Assembly (NCBI RefSeq): GCF_029263785.1
Contig: NZ_JAJUFE010000038.1
Location: 1 to 23,128 of the forward strand
Direction: 5' to 3'
DNA from: Pusillimonas sp. (ex Stolz et al. 2005)
GTDB taxonomy: Bacteria; Pseudomonadota; Gammaproteobacteria; Burkholderiales; Burkholderiaceae_B
Length of the DNA: 23,128 bases
In this document: in pieces, positions 1 to 7,229 of the stretch
Layout of the letters: every line of letters starts with the position of its first letter
Numbering within the stretch: position 1 is the stretch's first letter
Made by a program: the position numbers and the translations under genes
Notes under the pieces: generated by a model
Database searches by the model: none
Seen by the model: only the letters and a program-made list of their open reading frames with translations
Told to the model about the DNA's origin: nothing

Positions 1-793
1 AAACATAATAGGCATTGAGCGTGTCGAACGTCAGGTAATCCGGTGGTGTGCCACAAGTCTTTTCGTGGGGCACGAGAATTCCGCCTGATTCCAGACATTG
101 CAGTCCAGGGGCGTCCTGATCGGGCGAGCTGCGCTCAATAACCTTGCATGCGCCATCCGGCTGGTAGCAGGCACCAACCTGTGCCCCATCATTATGGTGC
201 CCCAGGCCTGGAACAAATCCGCACATATAGGTGCCGGGTTCTGCGATGCCTCCGGCCGTACTGTCGATCGACCCTGGCAATCCGCCGACCCAGCCGTAGA
301 AGTGATCCCAGCCCAATACTGAGGGGGTGGCATCTTCTGCTTCGTTGTTTTCGGGTCCGGCCAGGTGGAACTTGCCGAACATGGCGCTTTCGTAACCCGC
401 TTTCTTGAGCAGCTTGGGCGCCGTGACGTCGTAGGGCGACAACTGGGAATTGGCCAGATCTTGTGGACCGATGGCTTGATTGATATTGGTACGCAGAGGA
501 TAGCGACCGACGAAGAATGCCGCACGGCCGGGCGAGCATTCCGGCATCGACCATGTGTTGCGAAAGCGCACGCCGGCATGAGCGACGGCATCAATATTGG
601 GTAGATCGGGGCCGATGGCACCGCCATAGCCGAACACCTTCATTTGGTCGATGCCCACGTCGTCCATGATGACGAACAGGATATTGGGGCCTTTGTTGGC
701 GGTATCGTTGTCGGAACCGCTGCTGCTGCCACAGCCGGCAAGCGCAAACGCGGCCAGGCCGGCCGCCAGAAATGCTGGAACTGTCTTCTTCAA
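1..793 (-). CDS. Cys-type sulfatase (arylsulfatase family) lipoprotein; the C-terminal part runs off the left edge
   Basis: Not in the ORF track because there is no stop inside the window. I translated the minus strand from TTG at 793, which has GGAGA 5 nt upstream. The product reads LKKTVPAFLAAGLAAFALAGCGSSSG (lipobox LAGC), then NILFVIMDDVGIDQ, then WSMPECSPGRAAFFVGRYPLRTN (the C-x-P-x-R formylglycine signature), then ESAMFGKFHL. Track ORFs 31..627(-), 192..554(-) and 365..604(+) are off-frame shadows of this gene. Confidence 0.85.
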   Translation of the reverse strand, partial: MKKTVPAFLAAGLAAFALAGCGSSSGSDNDTANKGPNILFVIMDDVGIDQMKVFGYGGAIGPDLPNIDAVAHAGVRFRNTWSMPECSPGRAAFFVGRYPLRTNINQAIGPQDLANSQLSPYDVTAPKLLKKAGYESAMFGKFHLAGPENNEAEDATPSVLGWDHFYGWVGGLPGSIDSTAGGIAEPGTYMCGFVPGLGHHNDGAQVGACYQPDGACKVIERSSPDQDAPGLQCLESGGILVPHEKTCGTPPDYLTFDTLNAYYV

Positions 794-1045
794 AGTTATC
801 TCCAGTACGTGGCGGCTTCGGCACAACAAGAAAGTCGCCTTTCGAGTTGCCGCAAAGCGTACCAGATTTCACTTGGTTTGCCTTCAAAAATTTTCGTTAC
901 AAAGGTGTTGCCACGCAGAAACTTGTTGCGGTGTTTAAAGAGGGTGGGGCCTTCGGCAAAGAGACCGGGCACCCTAATTGCTGACCGCTTTTCTGGCCCG
1001 CAGCAGTATCTGAACGGATGTCATTGGCGCATGAACGGGGAACAA

Positions 1046-1663
1046 ATGGTCTGGGTAAAGGCGGTGCACATTGTTGCTATCGTTATATGGAGTGCCTCTC
1101 TGATCTACCTGCCTATATTGATGGCCGGACATAGTCCGCGTCTTTCCAACCCGGAGTATCTTCGGCTCCATGGCATGGTGCGCAGAATCTACCTCTGGAT
1201 CGCCTCGCCCTTTGCTCTATTTGCCATAATCAGCGGCACTGTCCTGATACCGCTTCGCAACGTTACGGAACCCTGGTTTGCCGTCAAATTGCTTGTGGTA
1301 GCTCTGCTTGCCATCATCCATGCGCGCTGCGGCACATTATTGGCCAAGCAAAGTCATAGCGCCGAGCGGGCAAATCGCTTTTCCCGAACGATGCGCATTC
1401 TTATGCCCGTCTTGCTGTTTCCCTGTGTTCTCTGGTTGGTACTGGCCAAGCCGCGGCTGCCCTTCGATCGGGCTCACCCACTTTCCGTTCCTGTGAAGTC
1501 TGAATCCGGCGAACGCGTTTCTACGCCTCTTTTACCCCTACCCTCTCTTCGAAAACAAGCTTACCCCCCAGCCATCCGGCCACCGAGACCAGAAGCAAAC
1601 CCAGCACCGAAAGTGCCAAGCCCCATGGCAAAAGCGCCTCTATGGGGTCGGACCAGCGTATGA
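1046..1663 (+). CDS. HemJ/UPF0093-like (CopD-superfamily) 4-TM membrane protein with a long Pro/Ser-rich C-terminal tail
   Basis: This is the in-frame distal part of track ORF 644..1663. The N-terminus MVWVKAVHIVAIVIWSASLIYLPILMAGH resembles the conserved HemJ helix-1 motif (KAxHxxxxxxW...LYLPRLFVYH). Four hydrophobic helices follow. GGGGA lies 5 nt upstream of ATG 1046; ATG 1031 is the alternative start. Sequence upstream of 1031 is not protein-like. Confidence 0.6.
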   Translation: MVWVKAVHIVAIVIWSASLIYLPILMAGHSPRLSNPEYLRLHGMVRRIYLWIASPFALFAIISGTVLIPLRNVTEPWFAVKLLVVALLAIIHARCGTLLAKQSHSAERANRFSRTMRILMPVLLFPCVLWLVLAKPRLPFDRAHPLSVPVKSESGERVSTPLLPLPSLRKQAYPPAIRPPRPEANPAPKVPSPMAKAPLWGRTSV

Positions 1664-1991
1664 ACCAGTTCAGAAAGGCGACGGACAAGAGCATGACGGC
1701 GACCACGAAATGGCTCCACGCGGCGGCCCGACGGCGAATGGAGGTAATGATCAGAAGCTCGGCGGCACCTATCAGTCCTGCCACAATGCCCATGAATGTT
1801 CCGGCACCCAAGAGCCATAGCGACAGTCGAAGCCAGAATTCGTCCGCGGTAAACAGGAACGCCACATCCGTAGCCAGGGCCGTTATCAGGAAAGCGATGG
1901 GGAATGGCACCACCATAGGGTGCAAGGGATGGCTGCCCAACGCCACCGCGGTATGTGGATTGTTGGATTTGTGGCGGAGCAAGAATCTCAT
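1521..1991 (-). CDS. DUF2231-type integral membrane protein
   Basis: These are the distal 156 codons of track ORF 1521..2258(-), starting at ATG 1991. The product begins MRFLLRHKSNNPHTAVALGSHPLHPMVVPFPIAFLITALATD, carrying the HPxHPxxVxFPIA-type N-terminal motif, followed by about 4 TM helices. The 89 upstream codons of the track ORF overlap coxB and are not protein-like. Confidence 0.6.
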   Translation of the reverse strand: MRFLLRHKSNNPHTAVALGSHPLHPMVVPFPIAFLITALATDVAFLFTADEFWLRLSLWLLGAGTFMGIVAGLIGAAELLIITSIRRRAAAWSHFVVAVMLLSVAFLNWFIRWSDPIEALLPWGLALSVLGLLLVSVAGWLGGKLVFEERVGVKEA

Positions 1992-2031
1992 GGTGAATGT
2001 CTTTAGGCCCGGGACTTCGTTTGGCAAGCAA

Positions 2032-2784
2032 ATGCCGTACCACCACAAGGAGCCGATCGCAGGGGCGGGAAGCACGGATAGACGGCGAGTTCCCCGGGTG
2101 GTTCTTGCCTCGCTGGTGGCCATGCAGGGCGTTTTGTCCGGCTGCGATGCCAGCCCTCTTTCGGTGCTGGATCCCGCCAGTGGGCAGGCGCAGCATATCG
2201 CCCATGTATGGCAGTGGATGGCATGGGGAAGTCTGCTGATACTGCTGCTTATGCTCACGCTGACTTTTATTGCGGTCAGGCGCCGCAGCCACGGAGGTCT
2301 GGCACGGCGCCCGTTCTTATTTTTGCTGGGTGGCGGCGTGGTGTTTCCCCTAAGCGTGATGACTACGCTTTTGATTTACACGTATGCCGCGGCTCCCCCG
2401 GCTCAGCAGGCGCAATATCAGGTAACTGTCACGGCGCGGCAGTGGCAATGGGAAGTCAGGTATCCCGATGCGCCCGGCGGCGTGCGGCGTTCAGTCAATG
2501 TGATTCATATTCCCGCCCGCGTCGCCGTGGCGATCGAGCTGCGGGCCTCCGATGTGATTCACGGTTTCTGGGTGCCGCGCCTTGGCGGCAAGATGGACGC
2601 AATCCCTGGGCGGGCCAATTCAACACACATCACTGCCGACACCCCGGGTGTATATCAAGGGGTATGCGCAGAATACTGCGGTGTGGGACACGCCGGCATG
2701 CAGTTCACGGTCATTGCCCATGAACCCGCGGACCTTGCCGATGTGCTGGCGTCTCTTCCCGCCGACCCCGAAGGAACACAATGA
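2032..2784 (+). CDS. coxB: Heme-copper (cytochrome c-type) oxidase subunit II with a CuA centre and no fused cytochrome c domain
   Basis: This is the distal part of track ORF 1642..2784. It has a possible lipoprotein signal (RRRVPRVVLASLVAMQGVLSGC) and two TM helices. A cupredoxin domain follows with DVIHGFWVPRLGGKMDAIPG and the CuA motif CAEYCGVGHAGM. The start is placed at ATG 2032 because the divergent gene begins at 1991, so the start is uncertain. The stop overlaps the next ATG (ATGA at 2781..2784). Confidence 0.9.
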   Translation: MPYHHKEPIAGAGSTDRRRVPRVVLASLVAMQGVLSGCDASPLSVLDPASGQAQHIAHVWQWMAWGSLLILLLMLTLTFIAVRRRSHGGLARRPFLFLLGGGVVFPLSVMTTLLIYTYAAAPPAQQAQYQVTVTARQWQWEVRYPDAPGGVRRSVNVIHIPARVAVAIELRASDVIHGFWVPRLGGKMDAIPGRANSTHITADTPGVYQGVCAEYCGVGHAGMQFTVIAHEPADLADVLASLPADPEGTQ

Positions 2785-5252
2785 CGGAAACGCGCGATAC
2801 AGGAACCTTGCACCGTAATCTTGACGCGCTATGGCGATCCCCTCCGGGCTGGCGTGGCTGGTCGGCTGTCAACCATACGGCCATGGGCAAGCGATTCATG
2901 ATGGCGGCGCTAGTCTTCTTTCTGGTAGGCGGTGTGCTGGCCATGTTGATACGCGCGCAGATTGCGACGTCGCACAGCGGGTTTGTTGATGCCGACATGT
3001 ACGGTCAGATGTTCACCATGCACGGCACGGTGATGATGTTCCTGTTTGTCATACCCATGCTCGAGGGGTTCGCATTTTATCTGTTGCCAAAAATGCTCGG
3101 GTCACGCGATCTTGCGTTTCCGCGCCTGGGTGCCTATGGCTGGTGGTGCTACCTGTTCGGAGGCTTGATACTGATGGGCGGCATGGCGCTGGGGCTGGCA
3201 CCCTCCAGCGGTTGGTTCATGTATACGCCTTTGTCGGGCAGCCAGTTCACGCCCGGCATCAACAGCGATATCTGGCTGATAGGCATTACCTTCGCAGAAA
3301 TTTCTGCTTTATGTGGTGCGGTTGAGCTTATCAGTACCATACTCAAGATGCGGGCTCCCGGCATGAGCCTGTCTCGCATGCCGATATTCGCCTGGTACAT
3401 GCTGGTAACGGCAGGGATGATACTTGTGGGCTTTCCCCCCTTGATTCTGGGGGGAATCCTGCTTGAGCTCGAACGTGCATTCGGGTTGCCCTTTTTTACG
3501 GTGGAGCTGGGTGGTGATAACCTGCTATGGCAGCATCTGTTCTGGATGTTTGGCCACCCCGAGGTCTACATTATTTTTTTGCCGGCAGCCGGCATGGTCT
3601 CTACGCTGATCCCTACGTTCGCGCGCCATCCCCTGGTTGGCCATGCCTGGGTAGTGAATGCCATTGTCGCCATGGGTTTTCTTAGTTTTGGCCTGTGGGT
3701 ACACCATATGTACACCGTAGGGATACCGCAACTGAGCCTCGCATTTTTCTCGGCGGCCAGCATGCTGGTTGCCGTACCAACCGCCATTCAGTTCTTCTCC
3801 TGGATTGCCACCCTATGGTCCGGGAAGGTGGTGTTGCGTCTTCCCATGTTGTTTTTGGGCGGTTTCCTCGTGATCTTTACGCTGGGAGGCCTGACCGGCG
3901 TAATGGTGGCGTTGATCCCTTTCAATGTTCAGGTGCATGACACTCATTTTGTTGTCGCACATATGCATTATGTGCTTATCGGGGGAGCGGTGTTTCCGTT
4001 GATGGCCGCAGCCTACTACTGGTTGCCGCATCTCACGGGGCGCATGCCCTCTTTACGCCTGGGATCGGCCGCGTTCTGGTTCATATTCATTGGCTTCAAC
4101 CTGACCTTTCTGCCCATGCACCTGACCGGCCTGTTGGGCATGCCCCGTCGAATATTTGCGTATGGCGCGGATACAGGTTGGGACACCTTGAATCTGGTCA
4201 GCAGCCTGGGCGGGTTCATTCAAGCCATCGGCTTCGGCATCTTCATACTGGACATGATCCTGCATGCCCGTAAAGGCGATCTGGCGCCCCGCAATCCTTG
4301 GCGGGCGGGGACGTTGGAATGGGCCATGCCCCTGCCTCCACCGTCATACAACTTTGCCGGCATACCTGAAGTAAATGATCGCTACCCGCTCTGGGCTGAA
4401 CCTGATCTGGGCGAGCGGGTCGAGCAAGGAAGGGCTTGGCTTTGTACTGATTCGCCACCTGCTCGCCAGACCTTGAGCGTAGATGTCCTTAGCGGAAAGC
4501 CGCTCAGCGTGATTCATTTGCCGGGTCCGACCTGGGTTCCGCTGTATTGCGGCCTGACAACCGGAGCATTTTTTCTGGCCTTGTTGCTCAAGAGCTACGG
4601 TGTGGCGCTATGGTTTGCCGGAATTACGGTTTTGCTGTTTCTGTTCTGGGCATGGCAACTGGCCCCTAAAGGGAATCCAGCCTGTGTCGACGCGCAGACA
4701 GGCGTCGACCTTCCCGGGCACTGGGCAGCAAAAGGATCGCCCGGCTGGTGGGGAATGGCTTGTGCCCTTGTGGCGGATGCCGCCCTGCTCGCGTCGTTGA
4801 TCTTTGGCAGTTTGTTCCTAAGCTTGTATGCACCCAATTGGCCGCCTCCCAGGTGGTTGGAGCCGCCCTGGTGGGTATGGGTAATGTTGGCTGGCTCTTT
4901 GCTTGGAATGTTATGCGTGGCGCTGCTGACACCGAAGAAAGGACGGACTGCGGTTCTGCATGTATGGGGAATTATTTTCCATACATCCGCACTGGCGGTC
5001 TTGGTGACACTGGTGTCGTACCTGGATGGGCCCGCCACCCATGCCTATCCCGCCTTGATGACAGTGATATTGATTTATCTGGCCCTGCATGTGGGTGTCG
5101 CTTTGCTGATGTCGGTTTACGCGTTGTGTCGGCACCTGCTCCACGCGCAGGCTCAAGGCCTGGAGGAGCTTCGCGTGCAATCGCTCTGGGGCTTGTATAC
5201 AGCATCAAGTGGTGCAGGCTTGATGCTGCTGATGATCTGTTTGCGAGGTTGA
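2781..5252 (+). CDS. coxA: Heme-copper oxidase subunit I fused to a subunit III-like C-terminal membrane domain (823 aa)
   Basis: All ligand motifs are present: FTMHGTVMMF (low-spin heme His), FGHPEVYIIFLP (CuB His plus cross-link Tyr), LWVHHMYTVG (CuB His-His), VHDTHFVVAHMHYVLIG (heme a3 and heme a His) and GMPRRIF. After about residue 570 there is an additional multi-helix hydrophobic domain of the size and character of subunit III. The gene is ATGA-coupled to coxB. Confidence 0.93.
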   Translation: MTETRDTGTLHRNLDALWRSPPGWRGWSAVNHTAMGKRFMMAALVFFLVGGVLAMLIRAQIATSHSGFVDADMYGQMFTMHGTVMMFLFVIPMLEGFAFYLLPKMLGSRDLAFPRLGAYGWWCYLFGGLILMGGMALGLAPSSGWFMYTPLSGSQFTPGINSDIWLIGITFAEISALCGAVELISTILKMRAPGMSLSRMPIFAWYMLVTAGMILVGFPPLILGGILLELERAFGLPFFTVELGGDNLLWQHLFWMFGHPEVYIIFLPAAGMVSTLIPTFARHPLVGHAWVVNAIVAMGFLSFGLWVHHMYTVGIPQLSLAFFSAASMLVAVPTAIQFFSWIATLWSGKVVLRLPMLFLGGFLVIFTLGGLTGVMVALIPFNVQVHDTHFVVAHMHYVLIGGAVFPLMAAAYYWLPHLTGRMPSLRLGSAAFWFIFIGFNLTFLPMHLTGLLGMPRRIFAYGADTGWDTLNLVSSLGGFIQAIGFGIFILDMILHARKGDLAPRNPWRAGTLEWAMPLPPPSYNFAGIPEVNDRYPLWAEPDLGERVEQGRAWLCTDSPPARQTLSVDVLSGKPLSVIHLPGPTWVPLYCGLTTGAFFLALLLKSYGVALWFAGITVLLFLFWAWQLAPKGNPACVDAQTGVDLPGHWAAKGSPGWWGMACALVADAALLASLIFGSLFLSLYAPNWPPPRWLEPPWWVWVMLAGSLLGMLCVALLTPKKGRTAVLHVWGIIFHTSALAVLVTLVSYLDGPATHAYPALMTVILIYLALHVGVALLMSVYALCRHLLHAQAQGLEELRVQSLWGLYTASSGAGLMLLMICLRG

Positions 5253-5254
5253 TC

Positions 5255-5641
5255 ATGCATGCTTTTCGCCCCGGTTCTTCAGACCGCATGCAAACAATCG
5301 GCGCGCCCGGTCTTTGGCGTGTCATAGCGGGCTTCATTGTCTGGTCAAGCGCGTTCGTGACTCTGTACGTAGGGCATGCACTGGCCTGCCTTTATGTTCC
5401 GGCGGTCATGTCAGCAACAGGCGTGCGTACGATACTGCTGGCATGCTGGATTCTTCATTTGCTGATAAGCGCGTGGCTGGTCGCGCGAAGCGTGAATCAA
5501 CACTCGCATGTGCAGCGCAAAGCCCCTTCGGTCCGGTCCCCTTTTTTGTGGCGCACTGCCCTGCTTGTAGATGTCTCTGCATGGGGAGCCATATTTTTTA
5601 CGGGCCTGCCCTTACTGGCATTTGACGTGTGTACACCTTGA
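5255..5641 (+). CDS. Uncharacterised small membrane protein (about 3 TM, 128 aa), translationally coupled to the oxidase
   Basis: This is the distal part of track ORF 4748..5641. ATG 5255 lies 2 nt after the coxA stop (TGA 5250..5252). Hydrophobic helices include LWRVIAGFIVWSSAFVTLYVGHALACL, VRTILLACWILHLLISAWLVA and LVDVSAWGAIFFTGLPLLAF. I recognise no family. ATG 5288 is an alternative start. Confidence 0.5.
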   Translation: MHAFRPGSSDRMQTIGAPGLWRVIAGFIVWSSAFVTLYVGHALACLYVPAVMSATGVRTILLACWILHLLISAWLVARSVNQHSHVQRKAPSVRSPFLWRTALLVDVSAWGAIFFTGLPLLAFDVCTP

Positions 5642-5707
5642 TTCATGGCCGCTGGTCTCGCGTGCTTGGTCAAAACGATGGTTAACCCCAATATGTAACA
5701 AATGTTC

Positions 5708-5736
5708 TTGACCGACATTTTCTAAGCGCGTAGAGT
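5708..5736 (+). promoter_or_regulatory. Candidate sigma-70 promoter for the binding-protein gene
   Basis: TTGACC (5708..5713), a 17-nt spacer, then TAGAGT (5731..5736). It sits in a relatively AT-rich gap about 100 nt upstream of ATG 5836. Confidence 0.35.
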
Positions 5737-5835
5737 CGCTTGTGGCGTCTGAATCACCGTCGGGGCGAGCGCCAAAAAACTGAAGTAATGCTGAAAACCA
5801 AGAATTAATGCCCTAGGTAGCAAAAAGGAGGAAGC

Positions 5836-7005
5836 ATGCATAAAAAGTTGACGCTCGCGGCGGCTATCGCTGCAGGTTCAATGGTAGTAATGGCCTCACC
5901 GGCTCTGGCTGACATCAACGTCGGCATTTCCTTGTCCACCACCGGTCCTGCGGCCGCACTTGGAATTCCCGAAAAGAACACCGTACCCTTGTTGCCCGAC
6001 ACCGTCGCAGGCGAGAAGGTCAACTACATTGTGCTGGACGACGCGACCGATGCCACGCAGGCCGGGCGCAACGCCCGCAAGCTGGTCGACGAAGACAAGG
6101 TTGATATTATTCTGGGTTCGTCGGCCACTCCCACCAGCGCTGCAATTGCCGAAGTCGTAAACGAAGCCAAGACGCCTCTTATAACAATCGCGCCTGTCGA
6201 GCTTCCCGCAGACAAGAACGAGTGGGTGTTCCGCGCGCCACAACACTATGACGTCATGGCCGACGGCCTGATCTCGCACATGAAGGCAACCGGCGTAAAA
6301 ACGCTGGGCTTCATTGGCTACACCGATGCGTACGGCGAAAGCTGGCTCACTGCCATGAAAAAGGCCACTGAAGCGGCCGGCATCAAGCTTACCGCCGTCG
6401 AGCGATTCAACCGTACCGACACCAGCGTAACGGGTCAGGCCGTCAAGATCGTGTCAGCCAAGCCGGACGCAGTTCTGGTGGTGGCGTCGGGCACACCGTC
6501 TGTCTTGCCCCAGGTTACCTTGCAGGACCGTGGTTTCAAAGGACAGATCTACCAAACCCACGGTACGGCAACAAAAGAGTTCATGCGAGTGGGTGGCAAG
6601 GCTGTTGAAGGCACCATCATGCCGGTCGGTCCCGTGGTAGTGGCCGATCAGCTTCCTGACAGCAACCCCTCCAAAAAACTGGGCCTCGACTATACCGAGC
6701 GTTACGAAGCCAAATATGGCAAGGGATCGCTTTCAGCCTTCGGAGCACAGTTCTATGACGCGTTCCTGTTGTTCCAGAACGCGGTTCCTGATGCTCTCAA
6801 GGCAGCAAAACCCGGAACTCCTGAATTCCGTGCTGCGCTTCGCGATGCCATCGAGAAAAGCAAAGAAGTCGTTGCCACACACGGCGTCTATAACATGACG
6901 CCTACCGACCATTTCGGTATGGACGAACGTGCACGCGTTCTCATCACGGTTAAGGATGGCGACTGGTCGCTTATCGACATGGAAGCTCTTAATAAGAAGC
7001 AATAA
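5836..7005 (+). CDS. Periplasmic ABC-transporter substrate-binding protein, LivK/branched-chain amino acid (type I PBP) family
   Basis: Strong RBS AAAGGAGGAAGC precedes the ATG. The signal peptide is MHKKLTLAAAIAAGSMVVMASPALA. Typical Leu/Ile/Val-binding-like blocks are present: DINVGISLSTTGPAAALG, KLVDEDKVDIILGSSATPTS and DAVLVVASGT. No permease or ATPase genes are adjacent. Confidence 0.85.
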   Translation: MHKKLTLAAAIAAGSMVVMASPALADINVGISLSTTGPAAALGIPEKNTVPLLPDTVAGEKVNYIVLDDATDATQAGRNARKLVDEDKVDIILGSSATPTSAAIAEVVNEAKTPLITIAPVELPADKNEWVFRAPQHYDVMADGLISHMKATGVKTLGFIGYTDAYGESWLTAMKKATEAAGIKLTAVERFNRTDTSVTGQAVKIVSAKPDAVLVVASGTPSVLPQVTLQDRGFKGQIYQTHGTATKEFMRVGGKAVEGTIMPVGPVVVADQLPDSNPSKKLGLDYTERYEAKYGKGSLSAFGAQFYDAFLLFQNAVPDALKAAKPGTPEFRAALRDAIEKSKEVVATHGVYNMTPTDHFGMDERARVLITVKDGDWSLIDMEALNKKQ

Positions 7006-7064
7006 GCCTTTAAGGCAGCGCGCGTCGGGATGACGCGTGGCAGAAGTCTTCTGACTTCTTTCAG

Positions 7065-7095
7065 GCCCGCCTTATTTCGGTAAGGCGGGCTTTTT
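7065..7095 (+). terminator. Rho-independent terminator after the binding-protein gene
   Basis: The 10-bp stem is GCCCGCCTTA (7065..7074) paired with TAAGGCGGGC (7081..7090). The loop is TTTCGG and TTTTT follows (7091..7095). Confidence 0.8.
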
Positions 7096-7229
7096 ACATT
7101 CTGTTTGATCAGGGTCAACCCCAATACCCGGCTCGAGGGTTAGAATGAACTTACTGTCGAGACGCTGCGGACTCTGTTTGGTCCCGTCGATGTCGACTCA
7201 CGGTTTTCTAACTGCTAACGGAGCCAGAT

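Noticed and set aside
772-984. A 70-aa + strand ORF in the divergent sulfatase/HemJ-like intergenic region.
   Set aside because: It begins inside the sulfatase start region, has no SD, and I recognise no motif. A divergent promoter region of about 240 bp is a sufficient explanation.
644-1030. N-terminal extensions offered by the ORF track. They are 644..1030 (HemJ-like), 1642..2031 (coxB), 4748..5254 (small membrane ORF), 1992..2258 (DUF2231), 15068..15181 (DUF488), 16543..16731 (fumC), 17696..17713 (epd) and 10646..10678 (usp).
   Set aside because: The extensions overlap neighbouring genes or promoter regions and are compositionally non-protein-like. They also precede internal ATG codons that reproduce canonical family N-termini, several of which have SD sequences.
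5680-7126. Shared motif gGT(T/C)AACCCCAATA upstream of both the binding-protein gene (5680..5693) and azurin (7113..7126).
   Set aside because: It is a 13/14 match. Comparing all the intergenic sequence in the window pairwise, I estimate a match of this quality arises by chance often enough to be only marginally significant. The two copies also sit at different distances from their putative -10 elements. It is worth rechecking only if it proves conserved in orthologous promoters.
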